Of a DNA stretch of 64,000 nt, positions 52,596 to 64,000 are shown one piece after another; the first letter of the stretch is position 1; the number at the start of each line of letters is the position of its first letter. The stretch spans positions 15,562,001-15,626,000 of the forward strand of contig NC_043013.1 in NCBI RefSeq assembly GCF_006345805.1. The letters run 5' to 3'. The notes under the pieces are model-generated. The model saw nothing but the letters and a program-made list of their open reading frames with translations. It had not been told where the DNA came from and ran no database searches. This stretch comes from Octopus sinensis (Eukaryota). A program made the translations under genes and the position numbers.

Positions 52596-53271
52596 ATTTC
52601 TTTATTGCCCACAGGAGGCTAAACACAGAAGGGACAGACAAACGGATTACATCGACGCCAGTGCGTTAACTGGTACATAATTTATCGACCCCGAAAGGAT
52701 GAAAGGCAAAGTCGACCTCGGCAGAATTTGAACTCAAAACGTAACGGCAGACGAAATACGGCGACGCATTTCGCCCGGCGTGCTAACGTTTCTGCCATTT
52801 CGTCTTTTTTTTTGGCAAAACTGAACTCATGACTTCACGCTCTCAAACCGTGTGTGCGTTTGTAAACGGGTGAAGTACTGACGGAATCGGTAAAACGTCA
52901 AACGAAGTTCTTTGTTGTACTTTTTCGTTTCTTTTTTTTCTTTTTTTCTTTTTAGTCCCTGTTCTTTATGTTGCGAGTTCAAATTCCATCTGCAGATTCA
53001 GATCTCACGGATGACTACATAGGAGAAAAAACTCTTCAAGGTGGATCAGGACAGTCCGTGGCACTGGCATCTCGAAGCAATCGGACAGACTAACCAGTGT
53101 CTCAAGACACTTGCGGTGAAAATACACACGCGTACACACACACACGCGCGCGCGCGCACACACACACACGCACCAACACACACATACATACACACTCAGA
53201 AGCATACTCACTCAGATACACACACAGCACACACACATACATACAGGCACTCACACACACACACGCGCGCG

Positions 53272-53302
<31 letters not shown>

Positions 53303-53572
53303 CACACACACACACACACACGCACTATATACATGTACACAAAGGCGGCGAGCTGGCAGAAACGTTAGCGCGCCGGACGAAATGCTTAACAGTATTTCGT
53401 CTGCCGCTACGTTCTGAGTTCAAATTCCGCCGAGGTCGACTTTGTCTTTCATCCTTTCGGGGTCGATAAATTATGTACCAGTTACGCACTGGGGTCGATG
53501 TAATCGACTTAATCCCTTTGTCTGTCCTTGTTTGTCCCCTCTGTGTTTAGCTCCTTGTGGGTAATAAAGAAA
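52596..53572. mobile_element. Oppositely oriented SINE A pair (52596-52797 minus; 53344-53572 plus)
   Basis: Near full-length matches on opposite strands. Confidence 0.8.
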
Positions 53573-54447
53573 TATATATACATGTATACATACACACACA
53601 AACGGACTGAACCCATGACTGTCCTTACACTGAACAAACTTACTAACGAATGGTTCCACGGTTTAAAAAAAACACTGGAAACTTCTTTAACAACGAGGAA
53701 ATACTAACGATTACGACGACAACTACTGAACGACTAACTGGATTTGAACTTATAACCATTATTTCTGAAATAAAAGTAGCGACTCTGTTATCTACCTCTT
53801 CGGACACAGGATGAAAGGCATTCTTGTAATAAACATCTTGTTTTTATTCTTTCAATTTTAATATAGTTGTGTGATGCGAGGGATATTTGTCTGCCTTTTC
53901 TTGCTTCTCTTCATCATCATCTTCCTCTCCAAATGGAACTTGGGAAAAGCTGATGGGAGGAGCTGGGCCGAAAAGGAAAATGTCTCTTTTCGATCCTTCA
54001 ATTAATAATTATTTCTTTAATTGATAATTATTTCCAATTTAGACATAAAAACGATCAATTTCGATGGGCGGGGGTGGGGATTCGTCGATACCTTGGACTC
54101 CAGTACTTGACTGGTTTTCTGGTTTAACAACTACTACGTCACCCCAGCCGAGAGCGATGAAAAGCGAAGTTGCCCTCGGCGGAATGTGATCTCAGAATGT
54201 AAAGAGCCAGAACAAATCCCGCAAAGTAATCTCTTTGATGCTCCAACGTTTCTGTTTATTCACCCCCCACCTTTTACTTTCTTCAATTGATAATAACAAT
54301 AATGGTTTCACAGTTTGGTACAAGATCAGCAATTTCAGGGGATGATGTAAGTCGTTTACATCGACCCTGGTAGTCAACTGGTGCATATTTCATCGATTCC
54401 GCAAGGATGGAAAATAAAGTCGAGCTCGGCGGAATTTGAATTTAAAA

Positions 54448-55721
54448 TTAGGTTGTCAAGAAAGTTCTTGCGGAATTTTAAATTTTGGTTTTGAATGATA
54501 TATTTTCGAATTCATTTTCGTTAAATTTCTTTGACTTTATAAATTATTTTGAAGCCCGTTTTTCGCTCTATCTAATCGTTATGCTCTTTTTCTTTTTGGA
54601 TGATTAGGCAATTTTTTCCGGAACGTTGAATACAACAGGGACAAAAAGCAAATTCGCACAATTTTCTTATTCTATTTCAAGCTAGGCCGAAAAGCTGCTG
54701 AAACAGCTTGCGATATCAACGATGCGTTTGGCCCAGGAGCCACTAATGAACGTACAGCACAATGATGGTTGAAGAAATTTCGTAGTGGTGACGGGAGTCT
54801 TGAAGATGATAAGCGTAGTGGTCGGCCATCGGATGTAGATAACGATCAACTAAGAGCCTTAGTGGAAGCCAATCCACGCACAACTGTTCGAGAGCTTGCT
54901 TCAGACTTAGACATTTCCAACCATTTGAAAGAGATTGGAAAAACAAAAATACTTGAGAAATGGGTGCCGCACGAATTGAACGCCAACCAAAGAAAAAAAC
55001 GCCGTTTTGAAGTGTCGTCTTCTCTTCTTTTACGCAACAAGAACGATCGGTTTCTCGACCGTATTGTGACTTGCGATGAAAAGTGGATTCTTTACGACAA
55101 CCGGCGACACTCAGCTCAGTGGTTGGACGCCGAAGAAGCTCCACGGTACTTCCCGAAGCCAAAGTTGCACCAAAAGAAGGTCATGGTGAGTGTTTGGTGG
55201 TTTGCGGCCGGTCTCATCCATCACAGCTTTTTGGATCCAGGCGAAACCATTACGGCGGAGGAGTACTGTTAGCAAATGGATGAAATGCATAAGAAACTCC
55301 GTCAACAACAGCCAGCATTGGTCAATAGAAAAGGACCAATTCTTCTCCACGACATCGTTCGGACGCACGTCGCACAACTGACCCTGCAGAAGTTGAACGA
55401 ATTGGGCTACGAAACTTTGCCTCATCCGCCATACTCACTAGACCTCTCGCCTACCGACTACCACTTTTTCAAGCATCTTGACAGCTTCCTGCGTGAGAAA
55501 TGCTTTAAAAACCAAGACGATGCCAAACACGTCTTCAACGACATCATCGCCACCAGAACGAAGGATTTTGACGCTACTGGCATAAATAAATTTGTTTCGC
55601 GTTGGCAAAAGTGTGTTGGTTCTGATGGTGTTTATTTCGATTAATAAAGTTTTGTTTGAGCCGAGATACGTTCATCCGAATTTAAAGGTTAAAAACGGCA
55701 AGAACTTTCTTGACAACCTAA
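54448..55721 (+). mobile_element. Near full-length mariner (D,D34D) transposon, transposase pseudogenised
   Basis: TIR TTAGGTTGTCAAGAAAGTTCTTGC at both ends; [30 protein letters not shown]; premature stops near 54764 and 55270. Confidence 0.93.
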
Positions 55722-57939
55722 TAATAACAATAGCAATATCAATAACAATAATAACCATTCTTTCTTAATTAATGTCTTAGTCAATAATAACGAGGAAACA
55801 GAAATATAATAATAATTGTAACAATATTTATTTATTTAAATTATTTACAGATAAATACAAGTGGTTTGTTGAATAATTAAAGAAGAGGAAATATTTCCTC
55901 TCTAACACTCGATTTCGTACAACTTCAGAACACATTTCACATATACGTTATACATTTTTATAGCACATTAACCTCTATATCACATTATACATGCTTGTAA
56001 CAAACACATATTTATAATACATTACATACTTCTATATCACATTACACATATGCACAGAAACATATTTTATTAACATCTCTATACTATGTTATATATATAT
56101 ATATATTCATTCTACATTACAACCATTTATTTATATTACATTACACACTTCTACATCACATTACACAAATCTATAGAACATAACACATATTTAGATCACA
56201 TTACACAGATCGACTCACTTTACACATATCCATACTACATAACACGTGACACCACATTGCGTTTGCAATACATTAAATATAGCAATGACACATTGTACAT
56301 GTAGTACAATAGTATAGTATACACATCTAAATAGTATAATATACACACATTCAATAGTATACACATCTAAAACAGTACACACACTATAATACCTTTAACA
56401 TATCTATACAACAAATTACACACATGTCTACATCACACATTTACAATAAAGGATACAAAGTCCTTCCAGAGCCATAGACTAACGAAGCCAGTTTCTTGGA
56501 TTCTTTGGGGGTATATATTACCTTCCCTTCTTGACGAGAAACCGGTCCATCGTGGGATTACTCACTTTTGTCAGCTGAGTGGACTGGAGCAACGTGAAAG
56601 AAAGTGTTTTGCTCAAGAATGCAACGCATCGCCTGGTCCAGGAACCGAAACCGCGATCTTACGATCATGAGAGCAACACCCTGACCACTAAGCCGTGCGC
56701 CTCCACACACCATACATTACGCAGTATTTATCACATAGCACGCGTGTCTTTACAACACTGTAGGCACACACATGTTTACACAACATAATAGACTCGTTAT
56801 ACAACCACATTACACAAATCTACACTACATATGGTATACAGAATGTTCATAAATTATCTTTACAACTTCCACATTCCAGTGTATGTATTAGAGATCCATC
56901 AATCAACTTCTTCGCAACCAATAGAGCTCACATGGAAGTATTCAGATATTTCTTATAAAACCTTATTTGTTTGTCTGTTTTACAATAAACTCTCCTGAGT
57001 TATTCTTATTATCCTCTTTTTTTTCTGAGTTTTCTTTTTCAAATTCTAAAGGTAATTTATGGACACCCCATATAACACATTATAGTCACGTCTATATAAC
57101 GCTGCAGACACACGCACATCTGTACCACATTACACATTTCTGTACATCTCATTATACGTGTGTACTACACGCATTCCACACTCGTCTTTACTACATCACA
57201 AACGTCCCTACTACACTACATTCACAACTATACAATATTACATACATGCTATACAACACTACACATGTATCTATTATACATTCACGTCATACTACATACA
57301 TCTCTATACCATATCAGATACATATCTATATAACACTATCCCTGTCTCTTTAACGTATTCAAGTCACAATTCACAAATCTACATCCATATACATCTCTAT
57401 ACAACACGCTATACATATATTATACACATAGCATCAATACATCATTGCTACGATTTCATATCAATTTACAAAATTCTTTTCCATTTTCCTTCTTTTCGTT
57501 TCAGCTGTATTTTTTCTTTTTTTTTTTTGTATCATTTATATTTTTATTATCGATTCTTAACCAGTATTAAATATTCAAAAATATTCAGTTATAATATAAT
57601 TTTACATATTAAATTTTCATTAAATAATGATTTGGTTACTTAGTTTTAATCGAATTAAATAGAAAAATAAAAAAACATATATAGATATATGTATTCAAAA
57701 AGGTTCCAAAGTTATCGCTTGCAATGGTGATTATTCACTGTTGGAATTTTTGCAAAAAGACATATTTTGGTGTGGGAACTGAAGAAATTAATAATAATGT
57801 TGATTTCCATTGAAGTTTGGCAATGTTCGTTGGATGATCTAAAGACAGAGGCTATATAACATAAATAGGGATAAGGTTACGGTGTCATCTAAACATATTT
57901 GAATTGCTCAGACCAGTTGTGCTTATACAAGCGATTACT

Positions 57940-58146
57940 ACAGGGTGTAGCAGCAAAACTTCTCATATTTTACACGGCCGCTGATGTGACGACGCCAGTA
58001 AAATCACGGTGATGGTAATGGTGTTGTATCAAATCAAAAGTTTTTTTGCCATTTACCAACATGGCTTGGGCCAGTGCACACCGTGCGTTTGCTGTCGAAG
58101 CATTAATCAAGAATAGCATGTGAGAGACGTTTTGCCACACAATGTA
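57940..58146 (+). mobile_element. Short deleted Tc1/mariner-like derivative
   Basis: TACAGGGTGTAGCAGCAAAAC / GTTTTGCCACACAATGTA ends; internal MAWASAHRAFAVEAL start. Confidence 0.45.
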
Positions 58147-58439
58147 GAAAATAAAACATCTACTAGGAACTTCGGTACAATTACAAAAACAAAAAAAAAG
58201 AAATACAAGGGAGATGACTCCAATAATATAAATATATCGTGAAGTATATTTGCCACTTAAATGTGGCTAACCCTTTCTGTGTGTCAATAGCCAGCAGGAG
58301 GAGGTGTCCTCCTGGGGCTACAAGCTACAGTAGCATCCACCCTTAAGAGTTAGCCGCAATTAAGTGGCAAATATACTTCACAACGTCGTGCAGCTACTGT
58401 TTATACCTCGTTCAGAGATTTATTATATAAATATACTTT

Positions 58440-58628
58440 TCTACTCTAAGCACAAGGCCACAACTTTTTGGGGAGGGGGCCAGTCGATTATATCGACCCC
58501 AGTAAGCAGCTGGTACCTAATTTATCGACCCCGAAAGGATGAAAGGCAAAGTCGACCTCGGCGGAATTTGAACACAGAACATAAAGACAGGCGAAATACC
58601 ACTAAGCATTTCTACCAGCTCGCCGCCT
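58440..58628 (-). mobile_element. SINE family A
   Basis: Reverse-complement core match. Confidence 0.75.
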
Positions 58629-58905
58629 TCCAATAATATAAATATAGTTAACAGAAAGATGTTGATTTGTTGTTTTTTAATGATTAAGTCACGAGAGGCG
58701 CCCCGCCCTTCAAGCGTTCTGTGTCCTTGACGTTCGGGGGTCTTCCTTAGATCTTCTACGTTCTTGACCTTTCTCAAAGGCCGATAAGATTCATTCGACT
58801 GACGTTCGGTTTAAACAACTGTGAGTCGGCGACTGCATGGAAAAACTGGGCACGAACGGAATTCCAATGAGTTGACGTTATGGAGAAGGAGTGAATAATA
58901 TACAC

Positions 58906-58971
<66 letters not shown>

Positions 58972-59061
58972 GATAGCGACAGAAACAGCATTAACACCAA
59001 AAACTTATATTTACCTCCTACTAAGTGGGTGTTGTATATACATATATATATATATGTATAT

Positions 59062-59425
59062 GTACGAGCAAAACGCCCCCGTCCAATGGACGGTGCTGAG
59101 TTGTCAACTATTTAAACCAAAGTTTCTCAAAACAACTTGTCCCATAGGCCTCCCCTTTGAGAAACACTGATTTAACCTAAATTTGAGACACCAGCAAAAG
59201 AAGAAATAAAGATAGACTTTTTTCTATTCCAAGAAAAACGATTTTACAAATGCACGTTCCCACGGCTTTATCGATCGCTTTCTCACCTGGAATCGATTTT
59301 TGTAATGTTTTCAAGACTTATACATGCCCTAATACCGTCGGTATCTTCATATCGAATTTGAGCGCAATCGGATGGAGGATGCTCGAGATCCTAGAAGACA
59401 CACACACACAGACAGACAGAACGGA
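59062..59425 (+). mobile_element. Non-autonomous Helitron/Helentron-like repeat
   Basis: AATTTGAGCGCAATCGG...(ACAG)n..TTTTATATA 3' architecture between (TA)n tracts. Confidence 0.4.
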
Positions 59426-59450
59426 TTTTATATAATATATATATATATAT

Positions 59451-59670
59451 ATGAGGAGGTGCTGACAAATTCCTGGCTTTGGATAAAGGAGAATACAGGA
59501 CAATCAGTTAATTATGATTTTATTAAACATATTTCCCTCTCAGATTCACACACTTATTGCAGCAGTCCTCCAGTTTTTCTAAGCCCTGTAAAAGAACTCG
59601 GAAGTTTGGGCCTCCAACCAGGCTTTTTGTGACACCCTTGACCAAGGAACTTTTCAGTACCCCCCTCGTA
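59451..59670. mobile_element. Mariner-derived MITE
   Basis: GAGGAGGTGCTGACAAATTCCTGG / CCAAGGAACTTTTCAGTACCCCCCTCGTA imperfect TIRs. Confidence 0.6.
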
Positions 59671-60344
59671 CATACATAAATACACACGCATACATGTATA
59701 ATGTATTGTGGTGGTTGTTGCTATTGTTTTTAATGGTGGTGGTGGTGATGATGATGCTGTTGTTGCTAATGTCATTGTTGGTTCGGATGATTCAGCCTCA
59801 GATCATAATTAATCCGACAACTAGCCTACTGTCAAAGATAGTCCACCCATGACAATCACTACTTTTTAGCAGACATACGGCTTTTTTTTTCAAATGTCAC
59901 GTGATAAACATATAGAAATAACGATAATTGTTGCAAAAAAAACCCAAAAAAAAACACACCGTATTTCCTTTCTGACAGAGCATTGTCATGTGACACGGAT
60001 GACGTCACTGCCGTCTGTTTAACGTCACAGAAACCAGAGTTGATAAGCAGCACCGGGATCCTCATTCATCATTTGGGATTTTAGAGAACGACGAGACGGA
60101 GAGATACTGAAAATTTACAATTAATTGATTGGTCGGTTCACTTTCACTTTTGCAACAGAAATTGAGTGGTGGGATGAGGGGGTGGGTGAAGAAGAGTCGA
60201 CTAATGATATGAAACACAGCAAAACTATTAAACGGCAACTGATTATGGTGGGCGGAACAAAAAGAAAAATTTATATTTAGAGCAGATCAGATATTTCACG
60301 ATGAAAGGATGACAAATCCTTGAGGGAAATACATACATACATAT

Positions 60345-60680
60345 TCTTTTATTCTTTTCTTTGTTTTAATCATTTGACTACGGCCATGCTGGTGCGCCGC
60401 CTTTAGTCGAGGAGCAAATCGACCCCAGGACTTATTCTTTGTAAGCCTAGTACTTATTCTATCGGCCTTTTTTGCCGAACCGTCAAGTTACGGGGACGTA
60501 AACACACCAGCATCGGTTGTCAAACGATGTTGAGGGGACAAACAATGACACACAAACACACACACACATACACATATACGACGTGCTCCTTTCAGTTTCC
60601 GTCTACCAAATCCACTCACAAGGCTTTGATCGGCCCGAGGGTATAGTAAAAGACACTTGCCCAAGGTGCCATGCAGTGGG
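60345..60680 (-). mobile_element. SINE family C
   Basis: Reverse complement of the 20855 copy. Confidence 0.75.
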
Positions 60681-60834
60681 ATTATGTATGTGTGTATGTG
60701 TGTGTGTGTGCGTGTGTGTGTGTGTGTACAGAAATATGTGTATGTATGTATATATGTATGTCCAGATTTGTATGTTTTATGCATGTATTCTCATGCATAG
60801 AGTTACATATCTAGACATGCTCATATATATTTAA

Positions 60835-61560
60835 ATGATAAACTTCTGCTAAGTCTTACAGATTTTTACAGTTCCAGTGATGGATTGGATCTGTAGTTTT
60901 CGAATTAGCTTTCTCCTTTCTGCTTTTGAGAAGCCTAATTTCTCAAGATTGATATTTAGGCAGTGTGTTACATATCCCAGGCCCCAATAATTACCTGAAC
61001 TCATAATCTGGATAGAGTTACTGTAGATTTCTTAATAGTTCAGGGTCGGTGTTCTATTTTTCATTGATCTTCAGTTTTATGTTAACATCCGCTGGGCAGC
61101 TAATTTCCACAACTGTGGACAGTTTCTCTTCTCTATCCCAAATCATTATATCAGGTCTGATGTGCTTACATTTTATTGAGGTCTTCACTGAACTCCTTTT
61201 TATTATGAGTGGCTATGACTTCTACCATACTGTTGGTTCTTATTTCTTTGTCCTCGAGATTATCTTTCCGACGGATTTCATTATAGAGTGTCATAGCTAC
61301 GTCATGTCTCATCAGTAGATAATACCGTGATGACATTTTCGGACAACTGCTTATGATGTGGGTGAAATCTTCAGTGTGAGCTCCACAAATTCTGCATCGG
61401 TTGTCACATTTTACGGCTTTTCTCGCATCTTTATCCCTTTTGTGCATCAGGCACTTGGTTGATATTTCCTGTTCGTGGATCGCAAAGGCATACCCTTCAC
61501 AGTGGGAAGTAATATTCTGGGTGTTCATCCATGATAAACTGCGTTGATGATCGATGTTAG
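60835..61560 (-). mobile_element. Fragment of an RLE-type non-LTR retrotransposon (R4/NeSL-like C-terminus)
   Basis: CRICGAHTEDFTHIISSCP zinc knuckle, RHD motif, then HIRPDIMIWDRE..VVEISCP restriction-like endonuclease motif. Confidence 0.75.
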
Positions 61561-61603
61561 ACGAACTCAGTTATAACTTGTGACGTTCAAGTGCATTTAT
61601 TTA

Positions 61604-61689
<86 letters not shown>

Positions 61690-62114
61690 TAAAACGATCG
61701 TTTGCTTAAATTTTCCAAGTTAGTATATCAACACCGATAATCTGTCTGTATCGGAATTCCAACTTAATTAGGGGGTCATCGGTCTCAGTATTGCCAAGAA
61801 CATAACGCCACCGTCAAAGGATGATCTTACTCATTCTAGACATTCTAGGTTCTCCATTGCAATTAATTTACGATTAGAATTAGTCACAACTGCAATGAAG
61901 GCATCTGACAAATAATAATGAAGTGGAACGCCTTCAACCTGCTTGAGTATCTCTGAGTAGGCAGTATACAGTCTCTCTCCCTCCTCTCTCTTTCACTCTC
62001 TCTCTCTCTCCTATATATATACAAACACACACAACATTAATGATATATATAACACATATATATATATATATAACACATCTATAATATACATACATATATA
62101 TATAATACATTATA

Positions 62115-62153
<39 letters not shown>

Positions 62154-62782
62154 TCTCTTACAAATAATGTAAGTTTGACAATAAATTAGTGACGATAATT
62201 AAATAACACCTTCTACAGCACATAGTTTTACCTCTTTTCCGTATGATTATCACGTAATTAAATATGTCTTATGTTATGGAAATCGTATTCCATTATGTAC
62301 AACCAATTCCGCTTTTGAATTCAAGATTTTTTTGACGGTTTTTTTTGGGGGGGGGGAGGTCTCTAATTTTTATGGTTGTTCTTGTTATTTCCACCCACAT
62401 TCGGTCAATTCTGATCGAACAGACTTATAGTCAAAATCAGTCCAATCATACCAATATTGTTCTTCTTTTAATATCTGGGAACACATTATCTGAAGTGCCC
62501 TTCTATTTTTCATAACTGGAACGTGAAGTGAGATTTGGCTGCTATTTCTAGCAGGTCGAGAGACCGTGTAGAAGCTGTCTTATTTATTGCTGAATTATAT
62601 TTGCTATTATTGTTGACCTTGTTATCGTTGTTATTGTTGTTAGTGGTGGTGGTGTTGGTGGTTTTGGTGGTGGTGGTGGTGGCGGCGGCGGCGGCGGTGG
62701 TTGGTGGTGTTGATTGTGTTAATTTAGCCATCTTTGGTGTTGCATTCAGAATGGGTGTCTCGTTTTGTTTCCACGTTCTTTG

Positions 62783-62952
62783 CTACATAATACATCCGGT
62801 ATTAGCTGGCCAATCACAAGATTGTATTCTGTCGTTCCATGCTGTACCAGGGGAACACTTATAACGGAATGGAACCTGCCAGACACATTGGAAAAAGCTG
62901 GTGCAGTCTCTGACGTCACGGTAGATGCCAAACAACGAAGGACATTTGAAAA
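62783..62952 (-). CDS. Terminal exon encoding a chitin-binding type-2 (CBM14/peritrophin-A) domain
   Basis: TTCTCTCTCCTTCAG acceptor; (V)FKCPSLFGIYRDVRDCTSFFQCVWQVPFRYKCSPGTAWNDRIQSCDWPANTGCIM-stop; six Cys with C..Gt.w......CDWp....C; minus-strand AATAAA near 62583. Confidence 0.9.
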
Positions 62953-63194
62953 CTGAAGGAGAGAGAATAGGAAACAAATAAAAACGATATTTTGTTGTTT
63001 CAATAAAAGATGGTAGTTTACTTTAAAATACTGCACTTAAAATAGTGTGTCTAAAACAGCGTACTTTACTTCAAAACGAACTATTTAAAATACAGTACTT
63101 TTTTTTATTTATACTGAAAATAAAACACTGTACTTAAAACTGTACTTTAAAAATTGTACTCAAAACCCAGTACTTAACACACTACTTAAAACTT

Positions 63195-63790
63195 ATGATA
63201 CTGTACAGCGATTTGCGTTGGACAAAACACATCGCTAAAATTGCCAGGAAGGCTGAGGGTGTCTTGGCATCACTTACCAGGTCCTTTGTGAGCCGCTCTC
63301 CGGCTATCTATTTGCGGCTTTATATAGCAATGGTACGACCTCACCTGGAATTTGCATCACTGGTCTGGAACCCCTATCTTGCCCAGGATATTAACCGTCT
63401 GGAAGCCGTTCAGCGACGTGCAACCCAGAGAATACCCTCCATCAGGCATTTGCCATATTCTGAACGCCTTACTTCCCTGGGCATGGATACATTGAAACTC
63501 CAACGTCTGGCAGCTGACTTGGCAAACACCCATAAAATTATTAACCATCTTACAAACAATAACTCCGAGCACCTTTTCAAACTCCATCTGTCTAACACCC
63601 CTGGACGTATTTACAAAGTCAGAAAACAGCACAGCTCTCATGACTTTCAGAAACATTTTTTCACACTAAGAGTTGCTGAAGTATGGAATAAACTGCCGGC
63701 ATCAGTTGTTAGTTGTCGGAGCACTGCATCCTTCAAAACTTCCATGCTTCCTGAGATTCGCCAGCACTACACCTGATTTTCTCCCCTCCA
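63195..63790 (+). mobile_element. CR1/L2-group LINE 3' fragment in the intron of the CBM14 gene
   Basis: LYIAMVRPHLEFAS.VWNPY..DINRLEAVQRRAT...YSERL...FFTLRVAEVWNKLP. Confidence 0.88.
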
Positions 63791-63916
63791 TACACATGCA
63801 AGTACTTCAGGTACTTCTTCACCTATAATTAATCCTAGTCCCACTCTACCTCAATCAAGTCACAAGAATAATTGGAAAAATAACTCAAAGAATTCGTGAA
63901 AGTATTTTGTACCTAC

Positions 63917-63997
63917 CTTCTGTCAAAGAATCTTCTTGTTTGAGTTTATCTGTAGAAGTCTCAGTTTCCTCATCACACGGTAATATTTTTTCAGATT
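63917..63997 (-). CDS. Penultimate exon (acidic linker) of the CBM14-containing gene
   Basis: SEKILPCDEETETSTDKLKQEDSLTE followed by a phase-1 GTAGGT donor that joins in frame to the CBM14 exon; possible CAG acceptor at the window edge, so the 5' boundary is uncertain. Confidence 0.6.
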
Positions 63998-64000
63998 CTG

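Noticed and set aside
62783-62952. CBM14 exon as an upstream part of the GON gene, or a definite chitinase call
   Set aside because: It ends in a stop codon with a downstream poly(A) signal, so it is a separate gene; no GH18 domain is visible in the window.

Overview
Eukaryotic, AT-rich, microsatellite- and repeat-dense animal DNA; the SINE, Tc1/mariner and LINE content resembles Octopus (cephalopod) genomes (inference). Most ORFs in the track are microsatellite artefacts. Three spliced genes can be rebuilt from splice sites and codon phases. (1) A minus-strand secreted protein (9 exons, 34425 to 1041, 408 codons, continuing off the left end): signal peptide, GON domain interrupted by a complete 2-exon WSC domain, EGF-like domain, Cys-rich module. 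(2) The last three exons of a plus-strand ENPP-family nucleotide pyrophosphatase/phosphodiesterase with a Ser/Thr/Pro stalk and GPI-like tail (44438-49212); its 5' part is missing next to a 100-N gap. (3) The last two exons of a minus-strand gene ending in a CBM14 chitin-binding domain (62783-63997). Several short elements embedded in (TA)n tracts carry type I hammerhead ribozyme motifs of the Penelope-like-element type, and a Penelope-like RT fragment is also present. Most interesting: the in-frame WSC cassette splitting the GON domain, and the intronic hammerhead motifs, two of which lie sense-strand just upstream of that cassette.
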